Below, piece by piece: positions 25,883 to 38,930 of a stretch of DNA of 64,000 nucleotides; the stretch's first letter is position 1; each line of letters begins with the position of its first letter. Both the position numbers and the translations under genes were made by a program. Source of the DNA: Balanoglossus misakiensis (taxonomy: Eukaryota; Animalia; Hemichordata); contig CM082582.2 in the NCBI GenBank assembly GCA_040954595.2, positions 186,001 through 250,000 on the forward strand. The letters run 5' to 3'. The notes beneath the pieces were generated by a model that made no database searches, was not told the DNA's origin, and saw only the letters and a program-made list of their open reading frames with translations.

Positions 25883-28519
25883 TTTTATCACATGAACTGG
25901 CCCGTATAGCCGCTTGTGTGACGTAGAACAGGTCGAATAAAAAATCCGAATTTACTCCTGTTCTACGTCATCAACCGGAACTATTTACACTGATTCGCCC
26001 GTCGCTGTAACTTTCTTGTGAAATGGAATAAACAAGTGGATGAACCCGTAGTTGTACATAAGTCATATAAAACTGACGGTTCCATGACGGTTCCGTAAGA
26101 ATATCGCTGGGTAAAATCAATACGAGAAAGGTAGAATTTGAAACGTCAACGCTACGATCATGAATGTGTGCTTGCAGCTAGCGGGCCTGGTCCCGAGCGA
26201 GCCAGCACATTGTCTTGATTTTAGGCTTACGGAAGTTACGAGAATGGTTTTGTTCCTGCTGAGCGGGATGACTAACACTCTGTATTCTGTCCACTGGTCA
26301 ACGATAAGTATAAGACGTGGAAAAAACATCGCAATTCATTTGTTTGAGAATCGAAAACATTTTAGTGGGGCAGTTAACAAAAAAATCGTGCACTTTGGGT
26401 TAAAAGCATGAAACTTGGTTCACTTATGCATTGACCCATGGCGGCCATTTTCTGATATGGATCCAAAATGACAGCGCCCTCTAGTGGCCAGAAACAGACA
26501 TTCATACTTAAAAACCGTGCACTTCAGGTTAAAAGCCTGAAACTTGGTACACTTATGCATTGACCCATGGCGGCCATTTTCTGATATGGATCCAAAATGA
26601 CAGCGCCCTCTTGTGGCCAGAAACTGACATTCACACTTTCCCCCCATTAATGGCACTTTTTGGTCATTTGTAACACTCTGAAACAGGAATGTGGGTTGTA
26701 AAACATGCTTGCTACCATACATTCATGTGTATACTGTGGAATACTTTTTGTTCGCGTGGAATTTATTTTGGCTGCTTTCGCGGAGGTAATTTTTGCGCGA
26801 AAATTTGTTCCAGCGGTATGTTTTGAACACAATAGACATGAATATTAATGAGCTAGATCGACTGACGCAGTGACCTTTGACCACTGATTACTTGCATGTT
26901 ACGTCTATGGAAAACAATCTGACACGGAACACGCACTCACGCTCACGCACTCACATGCCGACAGTCATTATCGACACCTAGTAATTGACACCATAACTAA
27001 AACTGGTTAAAAACAATAAAATCAAATGTTTGCCGACTCGATTGACACCCAAAACGCATTGTTTGTCACCTAACAGCAGCCTGTGATGTTTGTGTTTGAC
27101 GACTTAGCTTTGTCGATGTCAATCTGACACGGAACACGCACTAACGCACTCACATGCCGACAGTCATTACCGACACCTTGTAATTAACACCATAACTAAA
27201 ACTGGTTAAAAACAATAAAATCAAATGTTTGCCGACTTGATTGACACCCAAAACGCATTGTTTGTCACCTAACGGCAGTCTGTGATGTTTGTGTTTGACG
27301 ACTTAGCTTTGTCAACGTCTAATTTCAATTAGCGTACAGCGCCTTGGCTGATGACAATGTAAAGCGATCAGCGCGAAAATAAAGTCGCGCCGACGTATCG
27401 ATTTTATCCATTGCGCGAAAATATATTCCAGCGATAATAAAGTATTCCACAGTATTATCGTAATCCTGATATACATGTATCAGATCAATCTTGATTACAT
27501 CTTCCTTCACAGTAACAATGACCACTGCTGTCAGACTAGACCTAAAGCACCTACAGAATCATGTCCATGACTTTTGGCCACTGATTTCCTGAGGTTGACT
27601 CTTTTCTTGGGCTTGACTAAGAGTTGTCCAACTTGATTTCCACTGGGATTCTGTTGGTTTGATATAGCTTTGCTAGGTTTCTCACAGCACATGTTCTTTA
27701 GATGCTGCCTGTATTCTCGAGAATCCTTGACTTTCTGGAGAAGAGGTGTTGTATTATCCCTTTGCATGACTTTGTGTATTGAACTGGTTGTTATTTCGAA
27801 GAACAAATCGTTCAATTAGTAACATACAAGATTGATCTGATGCATGTACATCAGGATTAGGATAATATTCAAAGGAATGTATGGGAGCAAGCATGTTTTA
27901 CAACCCACATTCCTGTCTCTGAGTGTTAAACTTGCCCAAAAAGAGTCATTAATGGGGGGAAAAGTGTAAATGTCAGTTTCTAGCCACTAGAGGGCGCTGT
28001 CTTTTGGGATCCATATTGGAAAATGTCCGCCATGGGTCAATGAATAATTGTACCAAATTTCATGATTTTAACCCAAAGTGCACAATTTTTAAGTATGAAT
28101 GTCTTTTTCTGGCCACTAGAGGGCGCTGTAATTTTGGATCCATATCAGAAAACGGCCGCCACGGGTCAATGCATAAGTGTACCAAGTTTTATGCTTTTAA
28201 CCCAAAGTGCACAATTATGCCAAAATGTGGGGTTTAGCTCCTGCACTATTTGTCTGGGGTCCAAGGCTGAGATTCTGTACGACGGTTGTATTTCCGCGGA
28301 AGCACAACTGCGCTGACTAGCCAGGCCGACGCAAACGCAACCTTGAACCTTGAACATCGTTCCTGGACTAATATTTTTAATATCCTGTCACAATAACGGT
28401 TTTAGGATATATGGCAATGGAACTGTGTTTATTTTTTCATAAATTTTACAGTGAAGTGCGTCATTTTTTCTGTCAAACTGCGACTTGCAGCATAACTTTG
28501 CAGGCAACTCGACGCGATT
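25883..28519. mobile_element. Copy-A-specific composite insertion: foldback (~26388-28212) with a nested TA-flanked MITE (26734-27452)
   Basis: Empty site in copy B at ~48045. ~335-bp inverted arms, each with two 129-bp units. Inner MITE has TIR CTGTGGAATAC, TA flanks and a ~205-bp tandem duplication. Confidence 0.8.
26472..28128. promoter_or_regulatory. Four CTCF-consensus-like motifs (26472-26490 -, 26601-26619 -, 27981-27999 +, 28110-28128 +)
   Basis: TGGCCACTAGAGGGCGCTG matches the bilaterian CTCF core consensus. Sequence match only; binding is not shown. Confidence 0.5.
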
Positions 28520-28546
28520 AATTGCTAAGATGTTGTGTTGACATGT

Positions 28547-29008
28547 ACACAGCGCGAGACAATGATTGACAGGCAGAATGTATCAAAATTCTGGCCCATG
28601 TGACTGACTCCGCGAATCTGATTGGTAGACAAGACGCAAAAGTGTAAAAACTTGAAAGTCGATTTCACTTTATGAATGAAAGTGATTCCATAATTAGCAT
28701 ATCTCGTTGGGGCCACAGATCGTTGCGCAGGGGAAAGAACGTAATCCCGCTAAATAAACTACAAGGCCGCTCGAATATTTTAGCAGGATATTGGAATATT
28801 GTATCCTACCTCTTCTAACGAAAAATAAGAAGACTGTTCATGTGATAAATATATAATCCCATGATATTTTTCTTTATTTAACGTCATCGTATACTCGTGG
28901 TTTTCGCGGAGTCTAGCAACTTCTTGCCTACGGCTCGAAGTTGCACGGCTCTGCGAAAACACTCGTATACGATGACGTCAAACAAAGAAAAATATCATGG
29001 GATTATAT
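28547..29008. mobile_element. Hairpin-terminated non-autonomous element (Crypton-like architecture) in the Academ ORF; copy B at ~48075-48535
   Basis: ~160-bp palindrome at 28851-29008 with a GCCTACGGCTCG loop. Removal approximately rejoins IDPVLWNTIFIY to MSTQRPSN. Confidence 0.55.
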
Positions 29009-31251
29009 ATAAAAATAGTATTCCATAACACAGGGTCAATCTCACTGACAATATATTCAACATCAAGTGTACTCAGATCAACAGTGTTTGTTTTGCAGTA
29101 ATTACTGAATTTTTAAGATTGCTGATAAATGCTGACATTTAATTTCACAGCCACCAAATCAAGCATTTTGAAAAAGTCAACGTCAACTTTACTCAAGTCT
29201 CATACTTGCTTTTCAAGCCTCTCTATCTGTTTCTCAGCTTGCACAACATACTGGGGATGTTCGACAAGTGCATTTTGGAGGGCAATAGTGAGATCTGAAC
29301 CCGTTCGGTACAAAAAGGTGGAGAACTTTCTACTCACTTTTGATACAACAGAAAGGTGAATTGGATAATACACACATAGAAATTCCCAAATAAGCCAGCT
29401 ATTAGGTTTTCTGTGGAATTCCACTGGTTGTACCTTGACCTTGGGTCGCAAAGTCTGATATTCATCGTCTAAACAATCATTGAAATATTGCCTGACGTCA
29501 AACAATAGAATGGCGTGTTTTCTGAGGAGCACTTCTCCTAAAAAGACAACAGTTTTCCAGCATGCAAAATTCACCAAGTCGGTGTCACAGCTGCAGCCTT
29601 TTTGTAGCATTGTGACATATTTTTTAATTTCTTCAGCAAGTGCTATATCACTCGACATAATTAGGCCTTGTTGAATACTACACCTTGCTTTTTCCGCTAA
29701 AGCAACAAATGTTTATAACATTTCAAACAAATCAGGCTGTCTTGAGTAAGGGCAAATGGTGTGTTAGTTTGTTGGTGAATTGTTTGCACCATATCAAAAT
29801 CAGGGATTTTAAACAAATTGTTTGCCCGTGATAAGCACGAAGTACACAAGGGATGGCTTTTTCTCACAGCAAGGATGTAGTGATGTTGACACAGTGGAAA
29901 TGATGAAAATCCTTTAAAACCTGAGTTGGCTATACTCAATTTTGTACACAGTCCTCCTCGCCTGAAATCAGCTCTATAAAGTCGCGTAAAAAAATGGCCT
30001 ATTTCGCGACCCTTCAGCGGGGCCCACGGTAACGGCTACATGGTATGAAGTACTTTCCCTCATTAACATATGTTAATGAGTACCATGCGATCTGACTGTA
30101 CAGACACACATGCACAACGAGAGATTTACAGGCAAACACTGGCTGACCCATAAGCTGCCAATGGCATGTGTACTGTACACACAGCAAATGGTCTCTTTAA
30201 CAGATAGCCAGTTATGAAAACATGCAGTTACCAATCACTGTTATTATTGACAAATTGCATCCAAGTCCAGACCCAGGCTTGAATACAATTTTTTAAACAA
30301 TAACAACATTGCTTACCCTGCTTCACCGAGCTGAACAAGAAATGATGGTTGATAACCAGCATAATACTGAATAAAAATTCAAAAGTTACAGATATAGGAC
30401 CTTTCGTTGCCCACATATTATATTACCATGGTCTGTGCGTCGCATTTTAATTGGGCAAGATGAACGACATCACTGACCACAAATACCCAGTAATGGTTTG
30501 TTTACATGCCCGTAAATCTGAATAGTAATATTAGCAAATAGTTCAGTGAACACAACATTTTGCATAACACAAGTTCTGGGGCCCCTAGTCTTGTGTGTGG
30601 GACATTTTCATAAATATTGATGGTTTTCTTGAGATTGTTGGTAATGTAATGGAAATAAATGTAGGGCTCGGGCTCTAGGAAAGCCAAATTTCATGGGCTC
30701 AGAAGCCTTGCCCATGAATTTTGGGCTTTCCCCTCGACCTTGCCCAAAAACAAACGTTAATGGTCAGGGCGTTGTGCATTATTTCTATATTGTGTTGATC
30801 TTACCTGTACACTCTCCATTGACCTATCAATATTCCACAGCACAAGTGCAATAAAAAGAGCCTGCTGTATTCACACACTGGCCTCCACAAAGATCTGCTC
30901 TCTCCATATATTCATTGACATCTGAAATCAAAGATAGTTATTATTAATAAATTTATTATTATTTATTTCCTAACAAATGTAATACACATCCATCTCAGTG
31001 CATTTTCTACAGAAAATAATAAAATTAGAAAACAAGTGAAAGCTTAAAGGATAAAAATTACACTTAAAAACCCCAAACAAACAGAAACAGTTCTGAAAGA
31101 CAATCCCTATAAACCAAAAAAGCAATGGAATGAAATAGTGCTGAATAAAAGGACGAGTCTTAAAAACCCCTTTGAAAACTGTCAATAGATCCAGCATTGT
31201 GGATAGAAGGTGCACAAACACTGAATCCTCTTTAGCCATATGCCTTGTTAA

Positions 31252-32046
31252 GATGGGTCCCCCGTATCTTTTTGCCCGTTGCTATGGGCCTATATAGGAC
31301 ATTACACCCCGATTTGGACTAAGCCGTTTTCAGAGTCTAACAAGGGGCTGGCAACAAGTTGAAAATCTGCACGATTGTGAGCGCGCGCCCCCTGACGCCA
31401 TTGATATGCAATTTAGCTAGGTCAAATTTCGAAAAGCCTAAGGCTTTTTATTCCGTGACCTAAAAAACGAACTTGATACGTATTCATTAGTTGCTCGAAC
31501 CAGGGAAGATCGTGACGGATTTTGTTTTCGAATATTATCGTTGTATCCTACGATTTCAGCATACCCGTACCACACCTGAAAAAGTCATCGATTTTGGGTG
31601 TTTTTGGACGCACTATTCCACCGGTATCGCTTCTTAGCACGATGAAAACTGAAAAAACGATCTGTCACACTGTGCGGAAGTACGTTCTCAACAAGCAGGT
31701 CAAATTTGGCTGGCCTACGTCGCCTGTGAAAAAAGGCTTAGGGATTTTTGTGAACGGTGCAAAATCTCTGTGTACAAAACATTGGATTTTTAGCGTTCGA
31801 TCCAGTTACTGTGGTTACGGGACGCGCACGCTATCGCTGACCGCTGCTTTGCCGTATTAGCGTGGCGGCCTATGGCCGGGCGGTAGCTGCCGTAACCATA
31901 CTCGGACAGAGTGTGTGCACACTATCGTGCGTATTTTTAACTGGTTACAAGCCCCTTGTCGGACGTTTATAACGGTTTCGATCAAAATTGAGTGTAATGT
32001 CCTGTAAAGGCCCATAGCAATGGGCAAAAAGATAAGGGGTCCCATC
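31252..32046. mobile_element. Kolobok-like non-autonomous transposon, copy A only
   Basis: ~40-bp TIR GATGGG..ATCTTTTTGCCC..GCTATGGGCCT; TTAA TSD; single TTAA empty site in copy B (~50786). Confidence 0.88.
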
Positions 32047-32664
32047 TTAAGTTTTGAAATGATCATTCACGGTGATGAGTTATCAAGAATATACCCGTTA
32101 AAAATTACTGTACCCTCAGAGAAGCATTTTGTAATGTCTTTAAAATTTGATGAAAACTATATGAATTTTCTAAGTGTATATTTATTCATTTGCAGAGGTA
32201 ATTTACTTAGCTATAGGTTGATAATTTATGTTAATTTCAATGAATTATGCAAATAAGTAGTGAAAATACTTGTACATGAATATATCAGACAGTCTTATAG
32301 TGTCGTGTGAGGTTGATGACACATATTCTTAACCACTTATTTCTTGATCAATTAATTGTGTTTACACCAAAGTCCTCAATATCCATGGCAATCTCTTCCT
32401 AGGAATTGTAACACTCTCTCCAAAATCCCCTGAAACTTGTGTACCCTGTCAGCAAAACTTTGTCTGATTTTTAAAATACAGATTACTTTTTCACCCTTGC
32501 AAACACATTTTCAAAGATAAGTTTTCACATTTGTTAATTTGTTTATATTATGCATAATTATAATTGGAACAATTCTAAGATACAATTTCAACAAACATGT
32601 GTTCAGTACGAGTGTGCGGTTGATTTCAAATTTTAAAATGTGTGCAATGGATAGACAGGATGTG

Positions 32665-32860
32665 TGTTTAGCTGATTGTAACCATAGCAATATGCAATCC
32701 CCAAAAACAGTGTAGCCACAGAAGAGACCAATGTTTAGCTGATTGTAACCATAGCAATATACAATCCCCAAACAATGTAGCCACAGAAGAGACCAATGTT
32801 TAGCTGATTGTAACCATAGCAATATACAATCCCCAAATAATGTAGCCACAGAAGAGACCA
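32665..32860. repeat. ~63-bp minisatellite, ~3 copies; split by a transposon in copy B
   Basis: Repeat unit TTTAGCTGATTGTAACCATAGCAATATACAATCCCCAAACAATGTAGCCACAGAAGAGACCAATG. Confidence 0.9.
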
Positions 32861-33935
32861 AAATCCACAGTTACATACCGCCACATGCATGGCCATCTTC
32901 CAGCAGATAGAATCCTGGTCTGCAAGCGCAGAGATAACTACCATGGGTATTCTGACAACAGTGTTGACATGCATTTCCACCACTGTGACATTCATTCATA
33001 TCTGGAAGGTAAGAAGAAATTAGAAATTATTTACAAGCATTACATTATTCAAGATAAGCCTACTCTTGACTACTGGAATCTCACACCAAAGACACCTGGG
33101 CTCAGATTTATAACAAGATGGGGATAATTTGTCTCAATTTGATCATTTGAGACAAAATATCCCCAAACTTATATATTGTCGATGTAACATTATAATATAG
33201 TTATATCACTGTCAGGCATTTATGTCCTACAGTCAAGCGGTTTTAGGCACCTGCAGTCATTTTGATGGAGTTGGTTTGAATCCCACCAGTGCCAGAAGTG
33301 TGAGATGGTCAACTGGACTTGAGGCGTTTGAGTTCAACCAAACTTTATTTCTAAGTCTAGGAACTGCATGCACCAACTAAGGCCTACAAAATGGCTTCTG
33401 GATTGAAGAGAACTCACAAACACATGCAATCACTTTTATAGGAGTAAACAGGTGTTAAAATAACATGTAAATTTTAGAGTTTTTTTTTGTTTAATAAGAT
33501 TTGTATACAAATTCTATTTCTGAGTCTTACATAGTGATGACCTTTTGTCATGCATTGATGTCATGCAACCACTCACTAATTACACACATGTGTTGGTGAG
33601 TATCTACAACCACATGTTGAACCTCTTTAAATTGGACACCTGCAATCCAAACAATTTCTTCAGTCCCTTTGGTGTTAGACGGGTTTGACTGTACTTGAAA
33701 GTGCAGTTGATATACAGAACAAAATGCTAAAAATAGAAATTGCAGACACAGTGACCCTTTAAAGGCCCTGCTCAACAGTTGCGTGCTAACACAAAGGATT
33801 TCTTATTTGTCTTCATTGTTCTGCCCTGAGATTGAGAAAATGGCCTTTAATATGTAAAGTGTCAGTTGCAGGTGCATGGCAGTACAATTGACATGATCCT
33901 TTAATTTTACAGTGCAATTATAAGATAATACTTAC

Positions 33936-36437
33936 AAATCCTCCAGACATTATTCTGAAGAGAGATATGTATGCTTCCTGGCTGTTATTCACAAACTGGA
34001 ACTCCACAGTGCGTGAGTTTTGAAACATGGCACCAAGTGATTGCTGTGGGGAAAAAAATTGACTCCAATCACCATCCCTTGTGCAGGCAAAAGATCATGA
34101 TATTGCCCTCGCTAACATGTGTTATTATTTAAATATTTCACCTCTACTTATGCAATGAATTAATGAATACAAAGTGTTGTAGGTCATCCAACATGAGAAT
34201 GTCACTAACAAAATTATCATTGAGTTTCAAATCCCAAGTAACAGTGGACTTATATAGTTTATCACCCAGATGAATTTTTTTATCTAAATCTGCTCCTGTC
34301 GTATAAGGTTGCTTTGTTAAGACATACAAAGGGAAATGATTGCATTGCATGTACACTGTGTGCCTCTGGATGAAAGACCAATCTGTGTATTTCCTTGATG
34401 GGTACTACCACACGTTGTTCAGCCAAGCTCATAATTTGTGTAATGTGTACCCTCCAAAGATACATCTGGAAGCACCCTAAAAAATGCTCACTATCCAACA
34501 TGATCCAACCACAATAACCCCATTGACCTACAGTCAATTGTTTTAATTAGTTATTTGTATGTGAGCTGTACACACCTCTTGCCATTCCAAGGCTCCGTGC
34601 CAAACAACACTTTTCTGCTGTTGTTGTTGTTGTTGTTTTTGTTGTTGTGGATCAACTTGCTGCTGGTGAGTCAACTTGATGCACTTGAGCTGTAGAGGGC
34701 ACTGGTATGTCCAGATCCATCGGTAGTGAAGTACTGGTATTAGCCTGTAATAACACATACAATCATGACTGTAAATAATTCTGTATTATATTATATCATG
34801 CTACCGTCCACAATTCTGATTGGACGAGAGCTCAATCCAGCGATGCTAAAATTAAGCAATAAAACATCCCTAGCCATGGTGTACCACGAGATTTTGACCA
34901 GTTCACAACATATACGCAAGAGCGATAGCGAGTGCGTATATGGAGTTGAACTGGTCAAAATCTCGTGGTATACCATGGCTGGGGGTGTTTTAATGCTATT
35001 ATATTATGCCAGTATATTGAAACTTTGCATAAAACCTTTTAAAAAGGCATTTTCTTTGACTATGATATATGACTGTGGTAAATAAAAATATTACAACCAT
35101 TTTACGGAAGTACCGATTTAGGGTAATGAAAATTTTAACAACCACAAAAAAGGTGTTCTACATCACCACAATATGATGAATTGGTTGTCAATGGCCATGT
35201 AAACAAGTTGTATATTTGTCCTTTGAACTTTAGAATCTGGATTGTATGATTTCAAATATTTGCTTAGCAACAGATACCCAAGCAGTCACGCAGTTACACC
35301 CATTGGAAAATTGTATCACCCACACCAAGGTGGGTGGAAGTTGGTCCTGGTGCTTTTTTTCCCATGATTCAAATTACAGTAAATGCCATATTAGAAATTC
35401 TGCCAACTTTCCCTCGATTTTGTAAAAAAATATGATGACTTATACATGACAAATATTTTTTTTTCTGAAAGAGTGACCTCAAAGCTACCAAATTATGTAG
35501 AAATTACCTGGACCGGATTTTCCCTTTAAGGATAGATTGTTCAAGACAAAAGTAATGGCTTGAATAGAATATTACATGCACATTTCTATTAAGGACACCT
35601 CTGTATTAAAGGGACAAAGTCTCTCTCTCGCTGCCCTTTTTTCCATTAATAATGTTTGATACAAGACACTGTTTATGTTAATGTACATGTGTATATGTAG
35701 TAAATAAACGTTCAACCATACACAACTTCCATCCCGCGTGTATGATATGGGAGTAAAAACTCACCCAAAACGAATAAATGGTAGAGACTGATTATTCATT
35801 TTGGCGAGTTTTTTCACTCATGTCCACAAGCAGTATATATGTTACTTTTTATCTACTTTCTGGGGGCATTGCAGGGTTGTTCTTCATTAAGTTTTTGGGA
35901 TTTTTTTTTCTTTTGTGTCTTTTTTTTATGGCGTTGTTTCTGGGTTTGTTTTGTATGTTTTTTTACAGTATGGGCATACGGCCTGAATTAAAGAATAAAT
36001 AAATAAATAAATATACTTTGTGTGTGGTTGAATATTGATTCACTATATATCCACATGTAGAATAACATAAATAGTGTCTTGTATCAAATATAATTAATGG
36101 AATAAGGGGCAGCGATCGGGAGAGAGAGCCTGTATCCCTTTAAGGACATGTTGTGTGATCCCAGAGGTGCCCTTACTAGGCAGGTTTCAATGTACTTCAC
36201 ATGTGAGTTGTACTTTACTGTCGGTATGGAATCATTTCCTGGTTGACATGGTGAGCTTTACATACAGATAAACCACCTCAAAAAGTGGGGGCTATAACTA
36301 GAGAATGATCTTTAACCTCAGAATTTTACCATAATTACCTTGAATATCGTAAACTCTTCATATCGTCAAATAACTGCACTGCAGTACTTAGACCTTCTGA
36401 AATCATACTGTATTTCTCACCTGCTCCTGACAAAAAT
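33936..36437 (-). pseudogene. MED25: MED25 fragment, copy A (VWA exon 36339-36437; ACID/PTOV exons 34576-34744 and 33936-34043)
   Basis: [30 protein letters not shown] resembles recalled human [46 protein letters not shown]| resembles KLLAWSGVLEWQE. QSLGAMFQNSRTVEFQFVNNSQEAYISLFRIMSGGF resembles [36 protein letters not shown]. All exons have AG/GT ends; linker exons are deleted. Confidence 0.88.
35839..36015 (+). mobile_element. Short 3' end of a non-LTR or Penelope-like retroelement with a (TAAA)n tail, copy A only
   Basis: Absent at the equivalent copy B site (~58685); ends in AATAAATAAATAAATAA within an ATATA context. Confidence 0.55.
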
Positions 36438-36636
36438 CTGAAATACAACACAGTACAATTATTTAACAACAGGTGTATGTAAACAATGTCTACTCCGATT
36501 GTAGACAGATTTGGTTAAACATTTTACGAAACATTTAAAGGTAGGAACCTCTAATAAAAGCCAGTGAGTCAAAGGACAAAACTGAGACTTTGAAACAGTA
36601 ACCCATTGCCAAGTGTGACAGGGTGATGCGATCAGG

Positions 36637-37916
36637 CTAATAAAGGAGTTTTAATTTACCTTAGTATACTAAATTTAGAATAAACGAAAAAATCTACGAT
36701 TAAAAAACAACTGTTACAACGGGTTGGCGAAAACAAATATAAGGAACCCCCCCCCTCCCCCCCAAAAAAAAACAAATGTGGTAAAGGGGTCCAACATTTT
36801 GCACACCATCACTTTTCGGCAGTCAGTCTGCATTCAAGCCAAAGGAGCAAACCTAATTGCAAGAAATACCACGACAATACTAACCGTATAGTAAATAGGT
36901 GAACAAGTATCTTCAGGGTGGCTAAAACAAAAAGATTACCCCCCCCCCCCAAGACATGATGGAAGGTTCCAAAAATTTGAATCCCATCATTTTAGTTCTG
37001 GTGGAGCCCCATTGAAACCAAAACATCAAAGAAAAATAATATTTTTAGCAAAATATTGTATGAGAAGGGAGTAAATCGGCCAACAAACAACTTCGGAGTG
37101 GCCAAAATGGAAGTGCCCCCCCCCCAATAAAAAATGATGGGGGGCCTATAATTTGCACCCTATTATTTTTGGCCAGGTGGGTCCCCTCCAAAGCAAAAAC
37201 AACAAAAACAAATTAATTGTAGCCCAAATTCCCATGATAATAGAGTAAATAGGCCAACAAACAACTTCGGAGTGGCCAAAATGGAAGTGGCCCCTCCCCC
37301 AAATAAAAAATGATGGAGGGGCCCTATAATTTGCACCCAATTTTTTTTGGCCAGGTGGGTCCCCTCCAAGGCAAAAACCAAAAAAATAAATTCATTGTAG
37401 CCCAAATTCCCATGATGATAGAGTAAATAGGTGAACAAATATCCTCGAGTGACCACAACAGAAGAGACCCCCCGAAAAAAATTGATGGAGGGGCCCTAAA
37501 AATTGCACCCCATGATTTTTGGGTAGTTGGGTCTCCATTGAAGCCAAACAGCAAAACAAAAAACAATTTTAGCACAAAAATCCTACGGGAATATACATCA
37601 TACCACAAAATGGAAGTACCCCCCCCCCAGAAAAATATGATGGAGGGCCCTTAAAATTGCACCCCATCATTTTCGGGTAGTTGGGTCCCCATAGAAGCCA
37701 AAACAGCAAAAAAATCTATTTTAGCACAAAAATCCTACGGGAATACACATCATACCACAAAACGGAAGTACCTCCCCCCCCCCCCCAGAAAAATATGATG
37801 GAGGGGCCCTTAAAATTGCACCCCATCATTTTCGGGTAGTTGGGTCCCCATAGAAGCCAAAACAGCAAAAAAATCTATTTTAGCACAAAAATCCTACGGG
37901 AATACACATCATACCA
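36637..37916. repeat. Repetitive filler at the duplication junction (degenerate ~180-bp and ~128-bp tandem units with poly-C runs)
   Basis: GGCCAACAAACAACTTCGGAGTGGCC is repeated at 37078 and 37252; TTGCACCCCAT...GGGTAGTTGGGTC units occur at 37503, 37657 and 37816. Confidence 0.75.
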
Positions 37917-38930
37917 CACTAACAGGTTTGACTGTATGTTGATCTGTGTCATGAATAGCAGACATTTACCAATGACTGATTGTACAATATATGATTTCAG
38001 TGTCACATATACATGTATAAGACACTAAGTACAAACCCATACATCTTACTTTCTCTCCAAATTGTAGATACTCACAAACGCATGTATGTTGAATCCTGGT
38101 CTGCAACCACACTCTGGTAACTGGTTGGTGTGTTGCAATCTACTTGTTGGCATGGTGACCAACCAGCTTGATCGCACTCATTGTCATCTGCGGGGAAAAC
38201 ACAAATATCATAAAATGTGTTAGAATGAATACATGTGAATTACAGTTTTCTTTGAGTACACATTTGAAAATATACGATAAGAGAGCAAAATTGTGTGAAA
38301 CTTAATAAATATCATCTGGCATATTATAACTTGGTCATTACATATGTTTATCTGTACCAGTACTGTATACTGATAAACAAACAATGTAGTAACCACATTA
38401 CATTTAACAAGGTAGTGTTTGAAAGCCAAAAATATCATGCACGAGACAACAAACTCATTTTTTGGCTCCGAAGTGTAAACAGGGGAGTCTGTCAAGTTGG
38501 GTATGAGCTACTAGTAGGCAACTTTCAGTCTCGAGAGACTATGGCATGATGCACTATGATTTAAAACAGCTTCGTGAGTGGCTTGTCAGACCAATACGGG
38601 AATGACAATCCTTCCTGCAGTTGGAGCACAAGAACTCTGATGCAGCAGTTTCAGTTGCGCACTGCATCTTTCGCCGTCTGTCAAACTACTTCCATCCGTC
38701 AAGAATTCATACCATTTTCTAGTAGGGGTGTTTTTGGCGGTGGTGTGTAGCTTTGAGGTGTTGCGGAAGAATTGGAACAGGGGCAGAAATCGGAACGGAT
38801 TAGCCAGCAGTGTTTTTGCTACCCGCGAGAAAAAAGTTTGGCGAGACGATTTTCATACAAATTAGTCAAACTTGCGAAGCACTGCTATCTAACATCGTCG
38901 TTTGTTTTGACATGATCAACTTGCCATGAT

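Larger units (their letters stand above)
20153..30038 (-). mobile_element. Decayed Academ-type (AcademX-like) DNA transposon with an OTU domain, copy A
   Basis: Motif order 5'->3': ICLKCY; IDNID..HGTSYQMVQP; OTU (GGGRC..GHYD); VVGDGKT..DWHTLKNYQ; AIRSGNW..HAYDR..LDEAHEM; XPG/PIN-like HEEADSR..SPDTD..TGCDY; Cys8 finger KGCGCKKMPTCNSRCCKC..CGPACQC; acidic tail. Multiple stops, frameshifts and nested inserts. The 5' end at TAGCCG (30038) is tentative and no matching TIR was found. Confidence 0.75.
15475..33001 (-). pseudogene. Decayed calcium-binding EGF exons, copy A (15475-15586, 17379-17498, 30805-30921, 32879-33001)
   Basis: Phase-1 exons starting D-[VDM]-N-E-C: DVNECSDSVCAGGCHNAEGGFSCSCGDDGFSLSADHVNCS; DMNECHSGGNACQHCCQNTHGSYLCACRPGFYLLEDGHACG; DVNEYMERADLCGGQCVNTAGSFYCTCAVEY** (stops); the 112-bp exon is frameshifted. 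Confidence 0.85.
15317..36636 (+). repeat. Tandem segmental duplication, copy A (~21 kb)
   Basis: Near-identical to 37917-59576 from CACTAACAGGTTTGACTG to GGGTGATGCGATCAGG, with scattered SNPs and copy-specific indels. Confidence 0.93.

Noticed and set aside
33936-34043. Exon read as a CUB-domain piece of the cbEGF gene
   Set aside because: It matches the MED25 ACID domain much better, supported by neighbouring WHGALEWQE and [12 protein letters not shown] exons.
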